From the human T2T-CHM13v2.0 reference genome, Homo sapiens, in assembly GCF_009914755.1 (NCBI RefSeq), contig NC_060925.1: 64,000 nt of DNA; one strand, given 5' to 3'. Each line of letters opens with the position of its first letter. Positions within the stretch are counted from its first letter, which is position 1. The notes under the pieces were generated by a model. That model made no database searches. It was not told the DNA's origin and saw nothing but the letters and a program-made list of their open reading frames with translations. The translations under genes and the position numbers were made by a program. Below are positions 63,004 to 64,000 of the stretch, piece after piece.

Positions 63004-63459
63004 AAGAGGTAGTCAATAGAGATTTTCTAGGAATGCATCTCCCCATTTTTAGCTTGTTAGCCACAGGGAAAGGCACAGGGCTGAACTGAATTGAACTCCT
63101 CTGCTATTTCACATTCATTTGAGACTCTGCTCAGGAATCATCTTTTCCGGGAGGTCTCTCTGTCAACTCCTCTCCCTCCCAACACTGTCATTTTTGCCAT
63201 TGTTCTGTTACCTGGCCATGTGCTGTCATCGTGTGTAATACTTGCCTGCTGGTGCTTACTATATGCCGTTGACTTGCCTATTACAATAAACAGACTTGCC
63301 CTGTCTAAGTGACTTCTAGAAACTTTAATATGGTGTTTAGATGATGTAGAGCAAATACCCAACTTCTCTGCTTCACTTTTCTTATCGACAAACTTGGAAT
63401 AATAATAATACCTATGTATGTGAATAATATCCCATTTGCTCCCAGATCAGTATTTTTTT

Positions 63460-63560
63460 AAAGGCTTGTCAGGAGAAGCAGTGGGAGTGGAGAAGAAACA
63501 AATAAATCTGTAACTGGTTGTGATCGATTAGTTGTAAACACCATTGCCCTTGGACCAGCC
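63460..63560 (-). pseudogene. Retroposed Y3 RNA (RNY3-like) pseudogene
   Basis: Reverse complement GGCTGGTCCAAGGGCAATGGTGTTTACAACTAATCGATCACAACCAGTTACAGATTT...CTCCACTCCCACTGCTTC...AGCCTTT matches hY3 over its full length. A7 tail at 63453-63459; TSD TCAGTA at 63447-63452 and 63561-63566. Confidence 0.93.
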
Positions 63561-63584
63561 TCAGTACAGTTTTTGACCCCTTTT

Positions 63585-63870
63585 GGCTGTGCTCTGTGTC
63601 TGGAGGAAGGCTGACTGCATCATCTGGGCTCACTTGCCGACTGACTTCTCATTGTGTTTGGCCCATGGGAGGCACTAGTAGGTTGGGCAGTGGGAATCGG
63701 GAGGTCTGGGATATTTCTTCCCTTCCCCAGCACACTTCTGGCAGTATTTCATTCATTTTTATCCATGTGTGGCCCCTCCTACATGGGAAGCCAGTTTTCA
63801 CAGCTTCACTGTCTTCTGACCTGCCCCTCTTCCTTGAGCCCTGGGGGTGGTGGTGGTTTTCTGTGGTCAC
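63585..63870 (+). mobile_element. ERVL LTR33-like fragment
   Basis: 'gctgtgctctgtg...ggctgac...tttggcccatgggaggcact...ggaggtctgggatatttcttccc'. Confidence 0.55.
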
Positions 63871-64000
63871 CTTATGATTTCTTTTTTGTTTGTTTGTTTG
63901 CCTTAATTTAAAAATACTTTACTGCTAAAAATGCTAAGAATCATCTCAGCCTTTAGCAAGGTGTAATCTTTTTGCAGGAAGAGGCTCTTGCCTTGATGTT

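Overview
Primate (human-like) non-coding genomic DNA, intergenic or deep intronic, made up largely of interspersed repeats. I can support no host protein-coding exon, CpG island, tRNA/rRNA gene or CRISPR array. Every ORF in the track that I can assign to a protein family comes from a transposon. Main contents: (1) a full-length but dead L1PA7-like LINE-1 (8.8-15.4 kb); (2) three 5'-truncated L1PA copies, an L1PB fragment and old L1M elements; (3) eight Alu dimers and one FLAM, most with readable TSDs; (4) ERV1 solo LTRs (MER39/MER34/MER61/LTR8-like), MaLR LTRs (MLT1, MSTA), ERVL LTR33-like LTRs and two ERVL integrase/dUTPase fossils; (5) a hAT-Tip100 (Zaphod-like) transposon spread over ~13 kb by up to four levels of nesting; (6) MER5A, a half MADE1, many MIR/L2 fragments and a retroposed Y3 RNA pseudogene. 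I found no evidence of a new biological system. The most unusual signals are molecular scars: a 117-bp self-templated insertion and a 23-bp micro-inversion inside the full-length L1, a 15-nt L1-derived patch inside an AluY, an 80-bp tandem duplication split by the L1, and two inverted L1PA5-like copies sharing non-consensus variants. Subfamily names come from recalled consensus sequences and need RepeatMasker/Dfam confirmation. Boundaries of old repeats are approximate.
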